IMG/VR virus record: IMGVR_UViG_3300020109_000011
Span: 22,484 to 86,483 of that record
DNA: 64,000 bases
DNA from: a virus
Reading direction: 5' to 3' (one strand)
Shown here: piece by piece, positions 19,452 through 28,342 of the stretch
How the letters are laid out: every line of letters begins with the position of its first letter
Position numbering within the stretch: position 1 is the first letter of the stretch
Notes under the pieces: model-generated
What the model was told of the DNA's origin: nothing
Databases searched by the model: none
The model's input: only the letters and a program-made list of their open reading frames with translations
Translations under genes and position numbers: made by a program

Positions 19452-19766
19452 TCACCCCTCCAGGTGAGGCCTCAACCTCTGGTAGAGCCCGTCGGTCGCG
19501 GCTACGAGCAGCAGCCCGATGCGGTCCATCGTGCGCTGGCCCAGGCTGCCGTGGTTCCCGGCCGCGCGCTCGGCCTCGATGTCGCGCCGGATCTTGCGGC
19601 CCCAGTAGTGCCAGGACCACAGCATCAGCCGGATCTCCTCGCGCCGGTCCCGGCGGCAGGGCCCGTCGCTGGACCGGTAGACGGTCCCGTAGTCGTGGTA
19701 CCCGCCGACGACCGGCGGCGGTGCCTCCAGCCCCATCAGCTGCCAGGCCGGGGTCTTCTTCGCCAT
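19452..19766 (-). CDS. Hypothetical protein
   Basis: AAGGAG RBS before MAKKTP; GC3 bias. Confidence 0.6.
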   Translation of the reverse strand: MAKKTPAWQLMGLEAPPPVVGGYHDYGTVYRSSDGPCRRDRREEIRLMLWSWHYWGRKIRRDIEAERAAGNHGSLGQRTMDRIGLLLVAATDGLYQRLRPHLEG

Positions 19767-19791
19767 GCGGGGAGTCTCCTTCGTGGGCGTG

Positions 19792-19821
19792 ACGAAAGGG
19801 CCCCCGGTGTCCCGGGGGCCC
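19792..19821 (-). terminator. Intrinsic terminator
   Basis: GGGCCCCCGG-GACA-CCGGGGGCCC-TTTCGT on the minus strand. Confidence 0.7.
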
Positions 19822-19834
19822 CTCCGCGAGTGGA

Positions 19835-20521
19835 TCAGGACCAGTAGGTCTTGCAGACCGGCCCGATGCCGTCCGCGACGCTCTGCGGGTCGGTCAGCGT
19901 GGCGCCGCACCGGATGCAGAAGCCCATCACGTGACCCTGGGTCGCGGCCTGGGTCATGCTCATCGGCTTCGCGCCCGCCTGGACGGCCTCGGCCAGCACC
20001 TTGGGGACCGTGACGGTCTTGGTCACCGGGGCGGTGATGTAGCTCTTGCCCGCGTAGGGGGTCCAGGTGCCGGTGACCTTCGGGGCGGTCTTGAACTCGG
20101 CGTAGGGGGCGCTGTGCTTCTTCCAGCTGCCCTTGACGGCCCCGGTGTAGCTGGTGACCTTGGTCAGCTGGCGCAGGACCGGGAAGGCGTCCTTGCCGGT
20201 CACGTCCCAGTAGAAGACCTTTCCGTCGATCAGGTAGTAGCCGAACTCGGGGAGCTCGGTCAGGGCCATGACCTCGGCGGCCGAGGGCAGGACCGGCGAG
20301 GCCGGGGCCGCGAAGGTCTGGTGCTTCTTCTTCGGGGCCTTCAGCGCCTCATCGATCAGGCCGCTGGCGGCGCCCTTGGCCAGGAAGCCGATCTTGGTCG
20401 AGAAGCGGAACTTCTCGGCTACGGCCGGGCACTCGCGGTCCTTGACCAGGCTGGTCAGGAAGGCGATCTGCTTGTCGGTGGCCGGGGCGGCCGGGTCCTT
20501 GATGGTGATCGTCTGCGTCAT
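19835..20521 (-). CDS. MTQT-start protein with C-terminal DUF6011-like Zn motif
   Basis: ATDKQIAFL N-terminal motif; C..CGATLTD..S...GIGPVC C-terminus; leaderless start. Confidence 0.75.
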   Translation of the reverse strand: MTQTITIKDPAAPATDKQIAFLTSLVKDRECPAVAEKFRFSTKIGFLAKGAASGLIDEALKAPKKKHQTFAAPASPVLPSAAEVMALTELPEFGYYLIDGKVFYWDVTGKDAFPVLRQLTKVTSYTGAVKGSWKKHSAPYAEFKTAPKVTGTWTPYAGKSYITAPVTKTVTVPKVLAEAVQAGAKPMSMTQAATQGHVMGFCIRCGATLTDPQSVADGIGPVCKTYWS

Positions 20522-20558
20522 GGGAGAAGTATGCGCCTCGGGTGTCAACATTGTCAAC
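20511..20558 (-). promoter_or_regulatory. MTQT cassette 1: TTGACA-ATG-TTGACA-N9-CATACT-N6-ATGACGCAGAC
   Basis: Read directly from the sequence. Confidence 0.85.
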
Positions 20559-20588
20559 ACACTTTCTCGGCGTGTCCCCGGAACGGGT

Positions 20589-20624
20589 GAGGCCCCGTCC
20601 CCGGGGAAGCGGGAACGGGGCCTC
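20589..20624. terminator. Hairpin terminator
   Basis: GAGGCCCCGT...ACGGGGCCTC inverted repeat. Confidence 0.65.
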
Positions 20625-20642
20625 GGTGGGCGGTTACCCAGG

Positions 20643-20978
20643 TCAGTCGGTGCACTCGCGGCAGCCGCAGGGGTGCTCGCAGTCCCGGCAGCGCGTCTCG
20701 TCGTCGTGCCAGTCCTTCGTCATCGTGCAGTAGCAGCCGCGCTCGCCGCAGTCGCGGCACTCGACCTCGCCGTTCTCGGCGCCGCACTCGGTGCAGCAGA
20801 CTCCGAGCACGAAGTTCCGGGCGGCCTCCCAGCCGTCGCCGAACTCCTCGCGGGCGGCCTCGACGCTGGTCATGGCCACGAAGTGGAGCTTCACGAAGCG
20901 GTAGCCGGAGACGTTCCGGACGACGGTCATGGCGACCGTGGGGACGATGTCTGCGGGGGTGGAGAAGGTCTGCGTCAT
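20643..20978 (-). CDS. MTQT-start Cys-rich (multiple CxxC) protein
   Basis: CTECG, CRDCG, CRDCE and CREC motifs; leaderless start. Confidence 0.7.
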   Translation of the reverse strand: MTQTFSTPADIVPTVAMTVVRNVSGYRFVKLHFVAMTSVEAAREEFGDGWEAARNFVLGVCCTECGAENGEVECRDCGERGCYCTMTKDWHDDETRCRDCEHPCGCRECTD

Positions 20979-21014
20979 GGCACCAGTATGGGCACCGGTG
21001 TCAACAATGTCAAC
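20968..21014 (-). promoter_or_regulatory. MTQT cassette 2: TTGACA-TTG-TTGACA-N8-CATACT-N6-ATGACGCAGAC
   Basis: Read directly from the sequence. Confidence 0.85.
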
Positions 21015-21252
21015 TAGCGATGCACTCCAGCGTGCCGCAGACCGGGCAGGGATCCCCCGAGCACCACATCTCGATGCCCAGCACGCAGACCCGGCAGAAG
21101 TCCTCCAGCGGCGGGGGCGGGTCGGGAAGCTGGAGGAGGTCGCGGGCGTCCTGGCCGCACCAGGTCCGGTCCAGGGTGTCGCACGCGACGTGGTGGAGCT
21201 CGTCGTCATCGGCGCCCGTGTCAACCGGGCTGGGCAGCACCTCGGTGGCCAT
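21010..21252 (-). CDS. Small Cys-rich protein
   Basis: GAGGA RBS; H..C....WCG...C.VC...CPVCG; stop codon lies inside GTTGACA. Confidence 0.65.
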   Translation of the reverse strand: MATEVLPSPVDTGADDDELHHVACDTLDRTWCGQDARDLLQLPDPPPPLEDFCRVCVLGIEMWCSGDPCPVCGTLECIAS

Positions 21253-21319
21253 GACCGATCCTCGCACCAGACGCCGCGAGCCCGCTCCGAGGGCTGGAGC
21301 GGGCTCGCGGGTCGTGCTC

Positions 21320-21433
21320 TCAGCGGGCGAAGTAGACCATCACGGCCACCATCGCGCCGACGACGATGACGGCCTCCGCGACCATCGCCACCGCGATCCG
21401 CCACGTCGGCCGGAACCGGATCTTCAGGGGCAT
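21320..21433 (-). CDS. Small membrane peptide
   Basis: GGAGGA/GGAG upstream; one hydrophobic helix. Confidence 0.5.
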   Translation of the reverse strand: MPLKIRFRPTWRIAVAMVAEAVIVVGAMVAVMVYFAR

Positions 21434-21603
21434 GACTCCGTCCTCCCCGTGGTGCCTCGGGGCTGACAGCCCCCTCACAGGTGGGAACGGTACGGACCGG
21501 GACCGACGTTCCACGCCGATCCCGGTCCGTTGGAGAGGGATGTCGCAGGCCCCGATCCCGGGTGCCCCGTGCGCCCCTCCTGACGCAGCGAGTTGCCAGC
21601 CGG

Positions 21604-21987
21604 TCAGGCCCTGGCGGGCTCACCACTGGCAGGACTCGACAGCCGGGCCCGCATCTCCTCGGTCCACCTCCACGACGGCAGCAGGCCCATGACGGCGTGC
21701 ACGTCGCCCTCCACGACCTTGGCCGCCGCCTCCAGCGCGCAGGCCTCGGACTCCAGGGCGGCGCGCTGGGCGCGCAGGGCGTGGTTGGTCTCCTGGAGCG
21801 AGTAGCCCCCGGCGTACTCGGTCCGCCCGGCCGCGCAGGTGCGCAGCAGCGCGGCGAGCTCGGCCCGCTGGGTGGCCAGCGCCTGGGCGATCAGGTCCCG
21901 CTGGCGGGTCGGTGAGAGGTCCCCGCTGGACCACTCGATCACGACGGCCTCGGCGGCCTTCAGGTCAGCGGCGGTGGGCTCGGGCAT
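21604..21987 (-). CDS. Hypothetical protein
   Basis: TGATG coupling; GC3 bias. Confidence 0.6.
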   Translation of the reverse strand: MPEPTAADLKAAEAVVIEWSSGDLSPTRQRDLIAQALATQRAELAALLRTCAAGRTEYAGGYSLQETNHALRAQRAALESEACALEAAAKVVEGDVHAVMGLLPSWRWTEEMRARLSSPASGEPARA

Positions 21988-23585
21988 CACTTCTCCAGGT
22001 CGTCGGCGAGGCGGTCCAGCATGTTGGCCACGGCGTCCCGGGTGAACAGCATGACGCTGTCGGCCCGGAAGGCCTTGGCCGAGCGGCGGATCTCGACGGC
22101 CGCGCGCGCCCGGCCGACGGTGTCCACCGTGATGTGGCGGATGTCGGAGATCTCGGCCTCCCCGAGGAAGACCCGCACCGGGCCGGTTGACACCAGGCCG
22201 CCGTCCTCCGGCACCGGGGTCTCCTCCAGGATGTGCACGAGCTCCTGGTAGACCGAGCTCTCTTCCCAGCCCGAGTCCCGCAGGCGGGTGACCAGGTCGC
22301 GCAGCTTGGTCCGGCCCTCCCGGAGCGTCCGGGTGCGGTCGGCGAGCACCTGCTGGAGGCGCTGGCACTGCTCGCGCTCGCGGTCCCGCTGGCGGCGCAG
22401 CACCTCCTCGCTGGCCTCGGCCTGGGTGTTCAGCCGGGCCAGCTGGGCGTTCTTCTCGTGGATCATGCGGGCCTGCTCGGAGTTGGCCGACTGGAAGGTG
22501 TCCCGCTGCTCCCGGAGCTCCCCGGCCTCGGTCAACTTCGCCATCAGCGCCTGCTGGGCACGATCACGCTCGTCCCGAGCATCGGCCAGGTCGGAGCGCA
22601 GCTGGTTGTTGATCTCCTCCAGGTCGTGCACCAGCGACTCGGCCTCCCCGACCGCCTGGGCCTGCTCCTGCATCGCGCGCTGGGCCTCGCGGGCCTGCGT
22701 CACGAGCTCGCGCACCTTGTCCTCGGACGCGCGCCCGGCCGCCAGGGCCGCGTCGCGCTCCTCCACGGCCTCCTGGTTGAGCAGGTCCAGGTAGCCCGGG
22801 ATGGCCGCCAGACCGCCGCGCCGCAGCCACTCCAGCAGCCGCTCGGCGGGGGCCTGGTAGGGCGCGCGCAGCGCGTACCGACCGGCCCGGCCCAAGCCGT
22901 CGTCGGCCGCCCAGTCGCGGTCGAAGTCCACCCCGGCCATCGCCGCGATGATCCGGTCCACCAGGATCCGGCGCTGGCCGTCGGCCTGGACCTCCTCCTC
23001 GGCCGCGTCCTCGGGGTCAGTGCTCGGGGCGGCGCTGTGCAGCGCGATGTGCTGGGCGTAGACCTCGCGCACGTCGATGTCGCTGGTGGCCAGCCCGTGG
23101 GCCTCGTTCAGGTGGTAGGCCAGCGTCCGGCGGTCGGCGTTGCTGTGCCAGTCGGCGACGCTGCCGTGGTTGTGGCGGACGGTCCGGGCCTGGGGCTCGG
23201 CCTCCTCCTGGGCCAGCTGTCGGGCGGCGGCGTCCCCGTGCGCGTGGGCGCGAGCGTGCAGGCCGTGCCAGCTGGAGGTCGTTCCGGTGTCGATCCCGTG
23301 GTCCTGACGCAGGTGCCCGGCGAGGACCGCGTCCGGCGTCGTGTCGTGCCAGCGGGCCAGGTCGCCGTGGCTGTGGTCGGGCAGGTCGGGCACGGAGGTC
23401 TCCTCGATCTCGGGAGCCTGGTGGCTCTCCAGGTGAGCCTGGTGAAGGCGGCCGAGGTCCCAGGACATCGGGATGGTCATCTCGTGGACATCGCGCAGGT
23501 GCCGCCGCATCCGGTCGGCGCCCCAGCGGTAGAGGTGGTCCCCGCCGCTGGCGCTCTCGCTCTCATCGTGGACGTGCTGGCGCAT
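21987..23585 (-). CDS. His-rich repeat plus coiled-coil protein
   Basis: Three HL...H repeats at the N-terminus; long heptad region. Confidence 0.75.
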   Translation of the reverse strand: MRQHVHDESESASGGDHLYRWGADRMRRHLRDVHEMTIPMSWDLGRLHQAHLESHQAPEIEETSVPDLPDHSHGDLARWHDTTPDAVLAGHLRQDHGIDTGTTSSWHGLHARAHAHGDAAARQLAQEEAEPQARTVRHNHGSVADWHSNADRRTLAYHLNEAHGLATSDIDVREVYAQHIALHSAAPSTDPEDAAEEEVQADGQRRILVDRIIAAMAGVDFDRDWAADDGLGRAGRYALRAPYQAPAERLLEWLRRGGLAAIPGYLDLLNQEAVEERDAALAAGRASEDKVRELVTQAREAQRAMQEQAQAVGEAESLVHDLEEINNQLRSDLADARDERDRAQQALMAKLTEAGELREQRDTFQSANSEQARMIHEKNAQLARLNTQAEASEEVLRRQRDREREQCQRLQQVLADRTRTLREGRTKLRDLVTRLRDSGWEESSVYQELVHILEETPVPEDGGLVSTGPVRVFLGEAEISDIRHITVDTVGRARAAVEIRRSAKAFRADSVMLFTRDAVANMLDRLADDLEK

Positions 23586-23878
23586 CAGGCGCTCACCCGG
23601 GTGTCAACCGCGAGGTCCAGCGCTGCCCCGTGGGCCGCCATGACCTTGGCCAGCCAGCCGCGCCGGTCGCAGGGGTCCTCGGGCAGCCGGAGCTCGGCGA
23701 TCCAGGGGTGCTGGCGGACGATCTCGGCGCGCAGCTGGGACTGGACCACGGGCAGATTCTCGGGGGTCGCCGGGGACCCCAGGAGGTCGTGCATCAGCTG
23801 GAAGGCGCTGGTCAGCCCGGACAGCGGGATCCCGGTGGCCACGGTGAGCACCGTGGGCGTGTAGTAGGTCTGCGTCAT
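23585..23878 (-). CDS. MTQT-start hypothetical protein
   Basis: Leaderless start; TGATG coupling to the next gene. Confidence 0.7.
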   Translation of the reverse strand: MTQTYYTPTVLTVATGIPLSGLTSAFQLMHDLLGSPATPENLPVVQSQLRAEIVRQHPWIAELRLPEDPCDRRGWLAKVMAAHGAALDLAVDTRVSA

Positions 23879-23905
23879 GGCGCCGAGTATGGCACCTTTG
23901 TCAAC
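23868..23905 (-). promoter_or_regulatory. MTQT cassette 3 (single box): TTGACA-N7-CATACT-N7-ATGACGCAGAC
   Basis: Read directly from the sequence. Confidence 0.8.
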
Positions 23906-24075
23906 TAGACACCGGGAGGCCTGCCCTGTGGCCAGGGGCGCGCCGGGGCGCCCTGGAGGTCGCAGTCCGGGCAGACCCAGACGGCCGCAGTGCCGGGCAG
24001 GCTCAGGCCGCCCAGGCCGCCCTTCGGGACCCTGACCTTCGTCCGGTTGCAGCAGGTGCAGTCCGCGAGAGCCAC
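23905..24075 (-). CDS. Small Zn-ribbon protein (not in ORF track)
   Basis: VALADCTCCNRTK...WVCPDCDLQ...; fills the gap between two minus-strand genes. Confidence 0.5.
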   Translation of the reverse strand: MALADCTCCNRTKVRVPKGGLGGLSLPGTAAVWVCPDCDLQGAPARPWPQGRPPGV

Positions 24076-24079
24076 ATGA

Positions 24080-25084
24080 TCAGGATTGCAGCAGGGCCCG
24101 CTTGTGCTCGGCCGAGGTGGCCGGACGCAGCCAGCCGCCGGACTCGCAGCCCACCGGGTCGGCGGTGTGCCGCTCCCAGTGCACCTCGCAGCACGAGCAC
24201 CACCAGCCGTAGAGCGCCCGGTGCGCGGCGGACTCCGGGCCCACCGTGATGACCCAGCCGCCCTTCAGCGCGAACTCCCAGACCGCGCCGTCCGGCCCGA
24301 CGTGCTGGGTCCCGTCGGCTGGCCAGTGGCTGGTTGACACCGGCTTCGGCATGACCACGACCGGCTGGGCCTTCCCGAGCACGTCGAAGACCAGGGGCTT
24401 GTAAGAGGCCGAGACGTGCGGGAACAGGTCCCCGTCCCCCTCCAGGTGCTCGGGCTCGGGCTCGAAGCCGGTCACGGTCCCCAGCGGGGCCCAGTAGCCG
24501 GAGTCCTCCAGGTGGTCCAGCGGCGCGATGAAGCCCCCGCTGGCCACGATGGGCGCCTTCTTCGGCGAGGTGGTCACGGAGACCTCCGTCGGGCTCAGGT
24601 GCTGGATGGTGCCGTCGCTCATCTTCGCCACGAAGGTGGTCCCGTAGACCGCCAGATCGACCCCCACGGCCTCGATCACGGGCTGGTCCACCACCGGGTC
24701 GGCCACGAGCGACAGCGGGATGTCGAAGGCCTTGGCCACCTGCTCGGCGGTGATCTGCTGGCCGTGCTTGTGCTGGACCAGCAGCTTCCCGGGCTGGTTG
24801 GCCAGGTACTTGGCCTGCGCCTGGGCCACGGCCGCCGAGAAGCAGGCGTCGCCGGACCCGGGGTCCACCTTGCCGACGGGCTTCTGCCATTCGTGGTGCC
24901 AGGCGGGCTGGAGCGTGAAGTCGGCCTGCTCCAGGGCCTTCTTGAAGCCCTCGAAGGCTGGGGTGACCGCTTCGGCGAAGCCCCGGGCGATCTGGTCCAC
25001 CGTCTTGCCGATGACCGTGAACACCTCGGTGATCTGGGCCGTGTCGGCCTTCACGTAGGCCTGGAGCTCGGCGTTCTCAGGCAT
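24080..25084 (-). CDS. Hypothetical protein
   Basis: 334-aa ORF, GC3 bias, GAGGA RBS. Confidence 0.7.
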   Translation of the reverse strand: MPENAELQAYVKADTAQITEVFTVIGKTVDQIARGFAEAVTPAFEGFKKALEQADFTLQPAWHHEWQKPVGKVDPGSGDACFSAAVAQAQAKYLANQPGKLLVQHKHGQQITAEQVAKAFDIPLSLVADPVVDQPVIEAVGVDLAVYGTTFVAKMSDGTIQHLSPTEVSVTTSPKKAPIVASGGFIAPLDHLEDSGYWAPLGTVTGFEPEPEHLEGDGDLFPHVSASYKPLVFDVLGKAQPVVVMPKPVSTSHWPADGTQHVGPDGAVWEFALKGGWVITVGPESAAHRALYGWWCSCCEVHWERHTADPVGCESGGWLRPATSAEHKRALLQS

Positions 25085-25256
25085 CGGGGCACATCCTCGG
25101 CGGCTCGGCGGGCATCAGGGTCTGGAAGTCCTGGCAGACCGTGCAGCTGGTCAGCCGGTAGCTGGAGCTCTCGCCGCAGCTGCCGCAGGCCCGGGTCACG
25201 ATCACCCCGGGGTCCAGCCGGTGCATCCGGCAGCGCGTGTCAACCGCGTCGGGCAT
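25077..25256 (-). CDS. Small Zn-ribbon protein
   Basis: CGSCG...CTVC; GGGAGG RBS. Confidence 0.55.
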   Translation of the reverse strand: MPDAVDTRCRMHRLDPGVIVTRACGSCGESSSYRLTSCTVCQDFQTLMPAEPPRMCPDA

Positions 25257-25476
25257 CGGCCGCCTCCCGCTCGTCCTGGTGGGCACGGTAGGCCTCCTGG
25301 TAGTCGCGCTCGAAGTCGTCGCGGGGCTCGGCGCCTGCGCGCAGCGCAGCACGGCGCTCGGGCAGCAGCCAGCGGGCCTGGGCGTGCACGCACGCGCACC
25401 AGGCGCGCGAGAAGCAATCGGCGTGCGCCCCGGCGGTGCAGAAGTCGCAGATCCAGGGGTCAGTCAGTCTGGGCAC
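25240..25476 (-). CDS. Small Cys/His protein
   Basis: C.FC..G.H..C....C.C.H. Confidence 0.55.
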   Translation of the reverse strand: MPRLTDPWICDFCTAGAHADCFSRAWCACVHAQARWLLPERRAALRAGAEPRDDFERDYQEAYRAHQDEREAADARRG

Positions 25477-25720
25477 GCACGTAGTCCAGGTAGTCCTCGC
25501 GGTGCTCGGGCTCGATGACCAGCCAGACCGCGATGCAGGGCGCCGTGGGGTGGCCGTAGCCCTCGCAGAGCATCGGGGCCCCGCCGTCCAGCGTGCCGCG
25601 CCGGGTGTCGGCCTGGCACTCCGGGACGCAGCAGGGGTCCCCGGGAGCGGGCGGGCGGCGCGGCTCGGGCGCGGGACCCTCGGCGAGGATCTGCGAGATG
25701 CGCTCGGTGGGGCCGATCAT
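25460..25720 (-). CDS. Hypothetical protein, leaderless
   Basis: ATG 6 nt after CATACT. Confidence 0.55.
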   Translation of the reverse strand: MIGPTERISQILAEGPAPEPRRPPAPGDPCCVPECQADTRRGTLDGGAPMLCEGYGHPTAPCIAVWLVIEPEHREDYLDYVRAQTD

Positions 25721-25749
25721 GCAGCGAGTATGCATGGTCGGACTCAACA
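25718..25749 (-). promoter_or_regulatory. Leaderless promoter variant TGTTGAGT-N9-CATACT-N6-ATG
   Basis: Shares CTGTTGAGTCCGAC with the 18229 promoter. Confidence 0.6.
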
Positions 25750-25761
25750 GAGCGAGCAGGT

Positions 25762-26031
25762 TCAGGCGGCGAGGTCCGCGAGCTCGCGCTGGGCGCGCTT
25801 GTGGCGGCGCCAGGCCCGTCGGCGCGCGGCGCCGGTCAGCAGGTGTTCGGAGGTCCAGCCGCACTCACAGAGCGCGTGGCCGTGGCCGCCGACGCCCTGG
25901 TCCCGGACGGTACCGAACTTGTCCACCCGGCGGACGCCCGCGTGCAGGTCGCAGGGCCACTTCTGGCACGTCTGGCCGGTGTGGGGCGCGCCTCGGCCCT
26001 GGAGCCGGTGGCCGGGGACGCGCAGGCGCAT
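25762..26031 (-). CDS. Small Cys/His protein
   Basis: A.CECGW.S......RR.W...HK motif; TGATG coupling. Confidence 0.6.
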   Translation of the reverse strand: MRLRVPGHRLQGRGAPHTGQTCQKWPCDLHAGVRRVDKFGTVRDQGVGGHGHALCECGWTSEHLLTGAARRRAWRRHKRAQRELADLAA

Positions 26032-26386
26032 CAGAGCAGCGGCTGACCGCTGGTGGGCTCCTGGGAGCGCGTGAAGACGACGGTGATCCCGCCGAGCAGA
26101 CCGAGCATCAGGAGCAGCATGGCGACAGTCCTACCCCACTGGCGCGGTTCCATGCTCCTCGGGCTGGGCACTACGCGGGGCTGGGATGACGGTCTGATCG
26201 GCGGCGAGGGACCGGGCATCGTCCGGAGTCCGGGGCACCTGACGCACGGCTGACCTGGACAGAAGCCCGAAGACGGCCATGAACAGCAGGCCCTGGACGG
26301 ACTCCCAGAGGCTGATCACCCTCGGATTGTAGGCGCTGACAGGCTGTAGTACCCCTACCTCTGGGCGCGTCAAACCCCACAACGCA

Positions 26387-26423
26387 CCGAGCCCCCGACC
26401 CTGGGCGGGGGTCGGGGGCTCGG
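26387..26423. terminator. Hairpin terminator
   Basis: CCGAGCCCCCGACC...GGTCGGGGGCTCGG inverted repeat. Confidence 0.7.
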
Positions 26424-26456
26424 CGGAAGGGCAGGGGGGACGCTGCCGGGGTCAGC

Positions 26457-26717
26457 CTATCGGGTGGTCGTGATCTGGAAGGCCTTGCGGTGCTTCTGGT
26501 AGCCCTCCATGCGGGCCTTGCGGGCGGCGGCCTTGGTCCGGAAGGTCCGCACCGGCTCGTTCACGCGCGGGTGGCCGACGTGGTAGCGGACCTTGCTGCG
26601 GCGCCAGGCGGCCATCGCGCCGAGGACTCCCAGCGCGGGCAGGCCGTAGGTGAGGGCGATGACCCCGAGGCCCTGGAGGACGATCAGGATGTTGTCGAGG
26701 GTGATGGTCTGCGTCAT
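26457..26717 (-). CDS. MTQT-start membrane protein with basic C-terminus
   Basis: Hydrophobic N-terminal helix; leaderless start. Confidence 0.7.
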   Translation of the reverse strand: MTQTITLDNILIVLQGLGVIALTYGLPALGVLGAMAAWRRSKVRYHVGHPRVNEPVRTFRTKAAARKARMEGYQKHRKAFQITTTR

Positions 26718-26753
26718 GGGAGAAGTATGCAGGGCAGTGTCAACATTGTCAAC
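26707..26753 (-). promoter_or_regulatory. MTQT cassette 4: TTGACA-ATG-TTGACA-N8-CATACT-N6-ATGACGCAGAC
   Basis: Read directly; nearly identical to cassette 1. Confidence 0.85.
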
Positions 26754-26833
26754 ACGCGACACGCAGGCAACTTCTGACCCAGTGCGGGGCGCCGGAGAGC
26801 CACGGGGGGGAGCTCTCCGACGCGCGGGCGAGG

Positions 26834-27040
26834 CTACTCGTCCCGGGGCGGGCCCAGAGCGTGCTGGGCCGTGCAGAGCACCACGACCGCACCGAGGCTG
26901 CCGAGCACGAGCATCGCCCACCAGTAGGGCACCCCGAGCACCGGCACCAGCAGCACGAAGCCCGTGAGCATGGCGGGAAGGCCGTGCTCACGGGCGTCGC
27001 GGGTCCAGAGGGCTACCTGCTCCTCGTCCACGGTTGACAC
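26834..27040 (-). CDS. Small membrane protein
   Basis: Two hydrophobic segments. Confidence 0.5.
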   Translation of the reverse strand: MSTVDEEQVALWTRDAREHGLPAMLTGFVLLVPVLGVPYWWAMLVLGSLGAVVVLCTAQHALGPPRDE

Positions 27041-27041
27041 G

Positions 27042-27338
27042 CTACGGCGCGGGCCGCATCCGGTCGGGCCGCGCGAAGATGCCGGGCAGGAGCTCGAAGC
27101 CCGGCCCGATCAGGGCCTCCAGCTGGGTCCGATGCTGCTCGGCCCAGTGCGCGGCCAGGGCCACCCCGGCGACGTGCGGGCCGTCGATGGTGTCGCTCAG
27201 GTGCACCGTGGCGGGCATCGTGCCCGTCCAGCCGACCGGCAGGGGCTCCCCGGGCAGGTAGACCGCCCAGGGGGTCCCCGACCAGTCCAACGTCCAGTCG
27301 CACAGGACGCACTCGGTGGGCACCCACTCGCGGGCCAT
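27042..27338 (-). CDS. Hypothetical protein
   Basis: TGATG coupling; CVLC. Confidence 0.55.
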   Translation of the reverse strand: MAREWVPTECVLCDWTLDWSGTPWAVYLPGEPLPVGWTGTMPATVHLSDTIDGPHVAGVALAAHWAEQHRTQLEALIGPGFELLPGIFARPDRMRPAP

Positions 27339-27634
27339 CAGTCCGCGAAGGGGTCGTCCAGGCCCGAGGCCTCGCGGTCGGACCCAGCGTTGCGCCAGGG
27401 CCACCACTTCGCCCGGGAGTACCGGGGCGGGTCCGCGATGGAGTAGCCGTTCTGCGAGGACTCCTCCAACTCGGTGGCGTGCTCGATACACAGGCACGTC
27501 TCCCAGCCGGTGTCGCCCCGGGCCAGCAGGAAGCCCACCCGCTCGCAGTCCAGCCAGCAGATGTCGTAGGGCTCGGGGTCCCAGCCCAGCTTCTCCAGGA
27601 AGGCCGGGAGCGTCGGCGTGACGACGGTGACCAT
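27338..27634 (-). CDS. Hypothetical protein
   Basis: TGATG coupling. Confidence 0.55.
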   Translation of the reverse strand: MVTVVTPTLPAFLEKLGWDPEPYDICWLDCERVGFLLARGDTGWETCLCIEHATELEESSQNGYSIADPPRYSRAKWWPWRNAGSDREASGLDDPFAD

Positions 27635-27837
27635 CAGAGCACCGCCAGGGGGCCGCGCGAGTCCCACATGGCCTCCCAGCGGCCGAACGCGGGGCCGTCG
27701 GGCTGGCGGGCCCAGCCCGCCTCCGTGCGGACGTGCTGGGCGCCGAGGCGGTCGGTCACCCTGGTGCCCACCGGGGGCTCCTCGGGCGCTGGAGTCGGCT
27801 CGACGTGGACGGTGCAGTCGGGGCGGCAGGCCATCAC
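27634..27837 (-). CDS. Hypothetical protein
   Basis: Coupled ORF; EPPVGT.V.D..G motif. Confidence 0.55.
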   Translation of the reverse strand: MMACRPDCTVHVEPTPAPEEPPVGTRVTDRLGAQHVRTEAGWARQPDGPAFGRWEAMWDSRGPLAVL

Positions 27838-28031
27838 GCGCTCACCAGCGTGGCGATCAGGCCGTCCACCAGGTCACGGCCGTGCTGGCGGCAGAGCCGG
27901 TCGGCCTTGGCCGGGACCGGATCGTCCAGGTCGTAGTAGAGCGTCGTGCGGATCCCGCGCGTCCGGGTCCGGGCGCTGGCCACGGCCATAACGGCCTCGG
28001 CCGTGCAGACCTCGTTGGAGCAGGTGGTCAT
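27834..28031 (-). CDS. Small Cys protein
   Basis: GAGGAGG RBS; C....C...LC..H. Confidence 0.55.
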   Translation of the reverse strand: MTTCSNEVCTAEAVMAVASARTRTRGIRTTLYYDLDDPVPAKADRLCRQHGRDLVDGLIATLVSA

Positions 28032-28060
28032 GGGGGCCTCCTCAGGCAGCGGTTGACACA

Positions 28061-28342
28061 TCAGACGGGGAGGTCGGTGGGGATCTCGGTGGGCTCGATG
28101 CCGAGGACGCGGGTCACGCGCACCTGCACCGAACCCGTGCCACCCTCGGCCTTGCGCTTCTTCTCGTCGCGGCGGAACTCGGCGGCCACCGACCGGGCAC
28201 GCGCCCGGCCGATGAACGCCTCGACCTTGGTCCCCTCGGGGTCGTGCACGGGGCCCTCGCCCCAGGCGTGCACGACCCCGTTGTCGGCGATGGTCACCAC
28301 CACGTACAGGCCGTTGAGCTCGGCCTTCTCGCTGCCGGGCAT
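28061..28342 (-). CDS. Hypothetical protein
   Basis: TGATG coupling; GC3 bias. Confidence 0.6.
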   Translation of the reverse strand: MPGSEKAELNGLYVVVTIADNGVVHAWGEGPVHDPEGTKVEAFIGRARARSVAAEFRRDEKKRKAEGGTGSVQVRVTRVLGIEPTEIPTDLPV

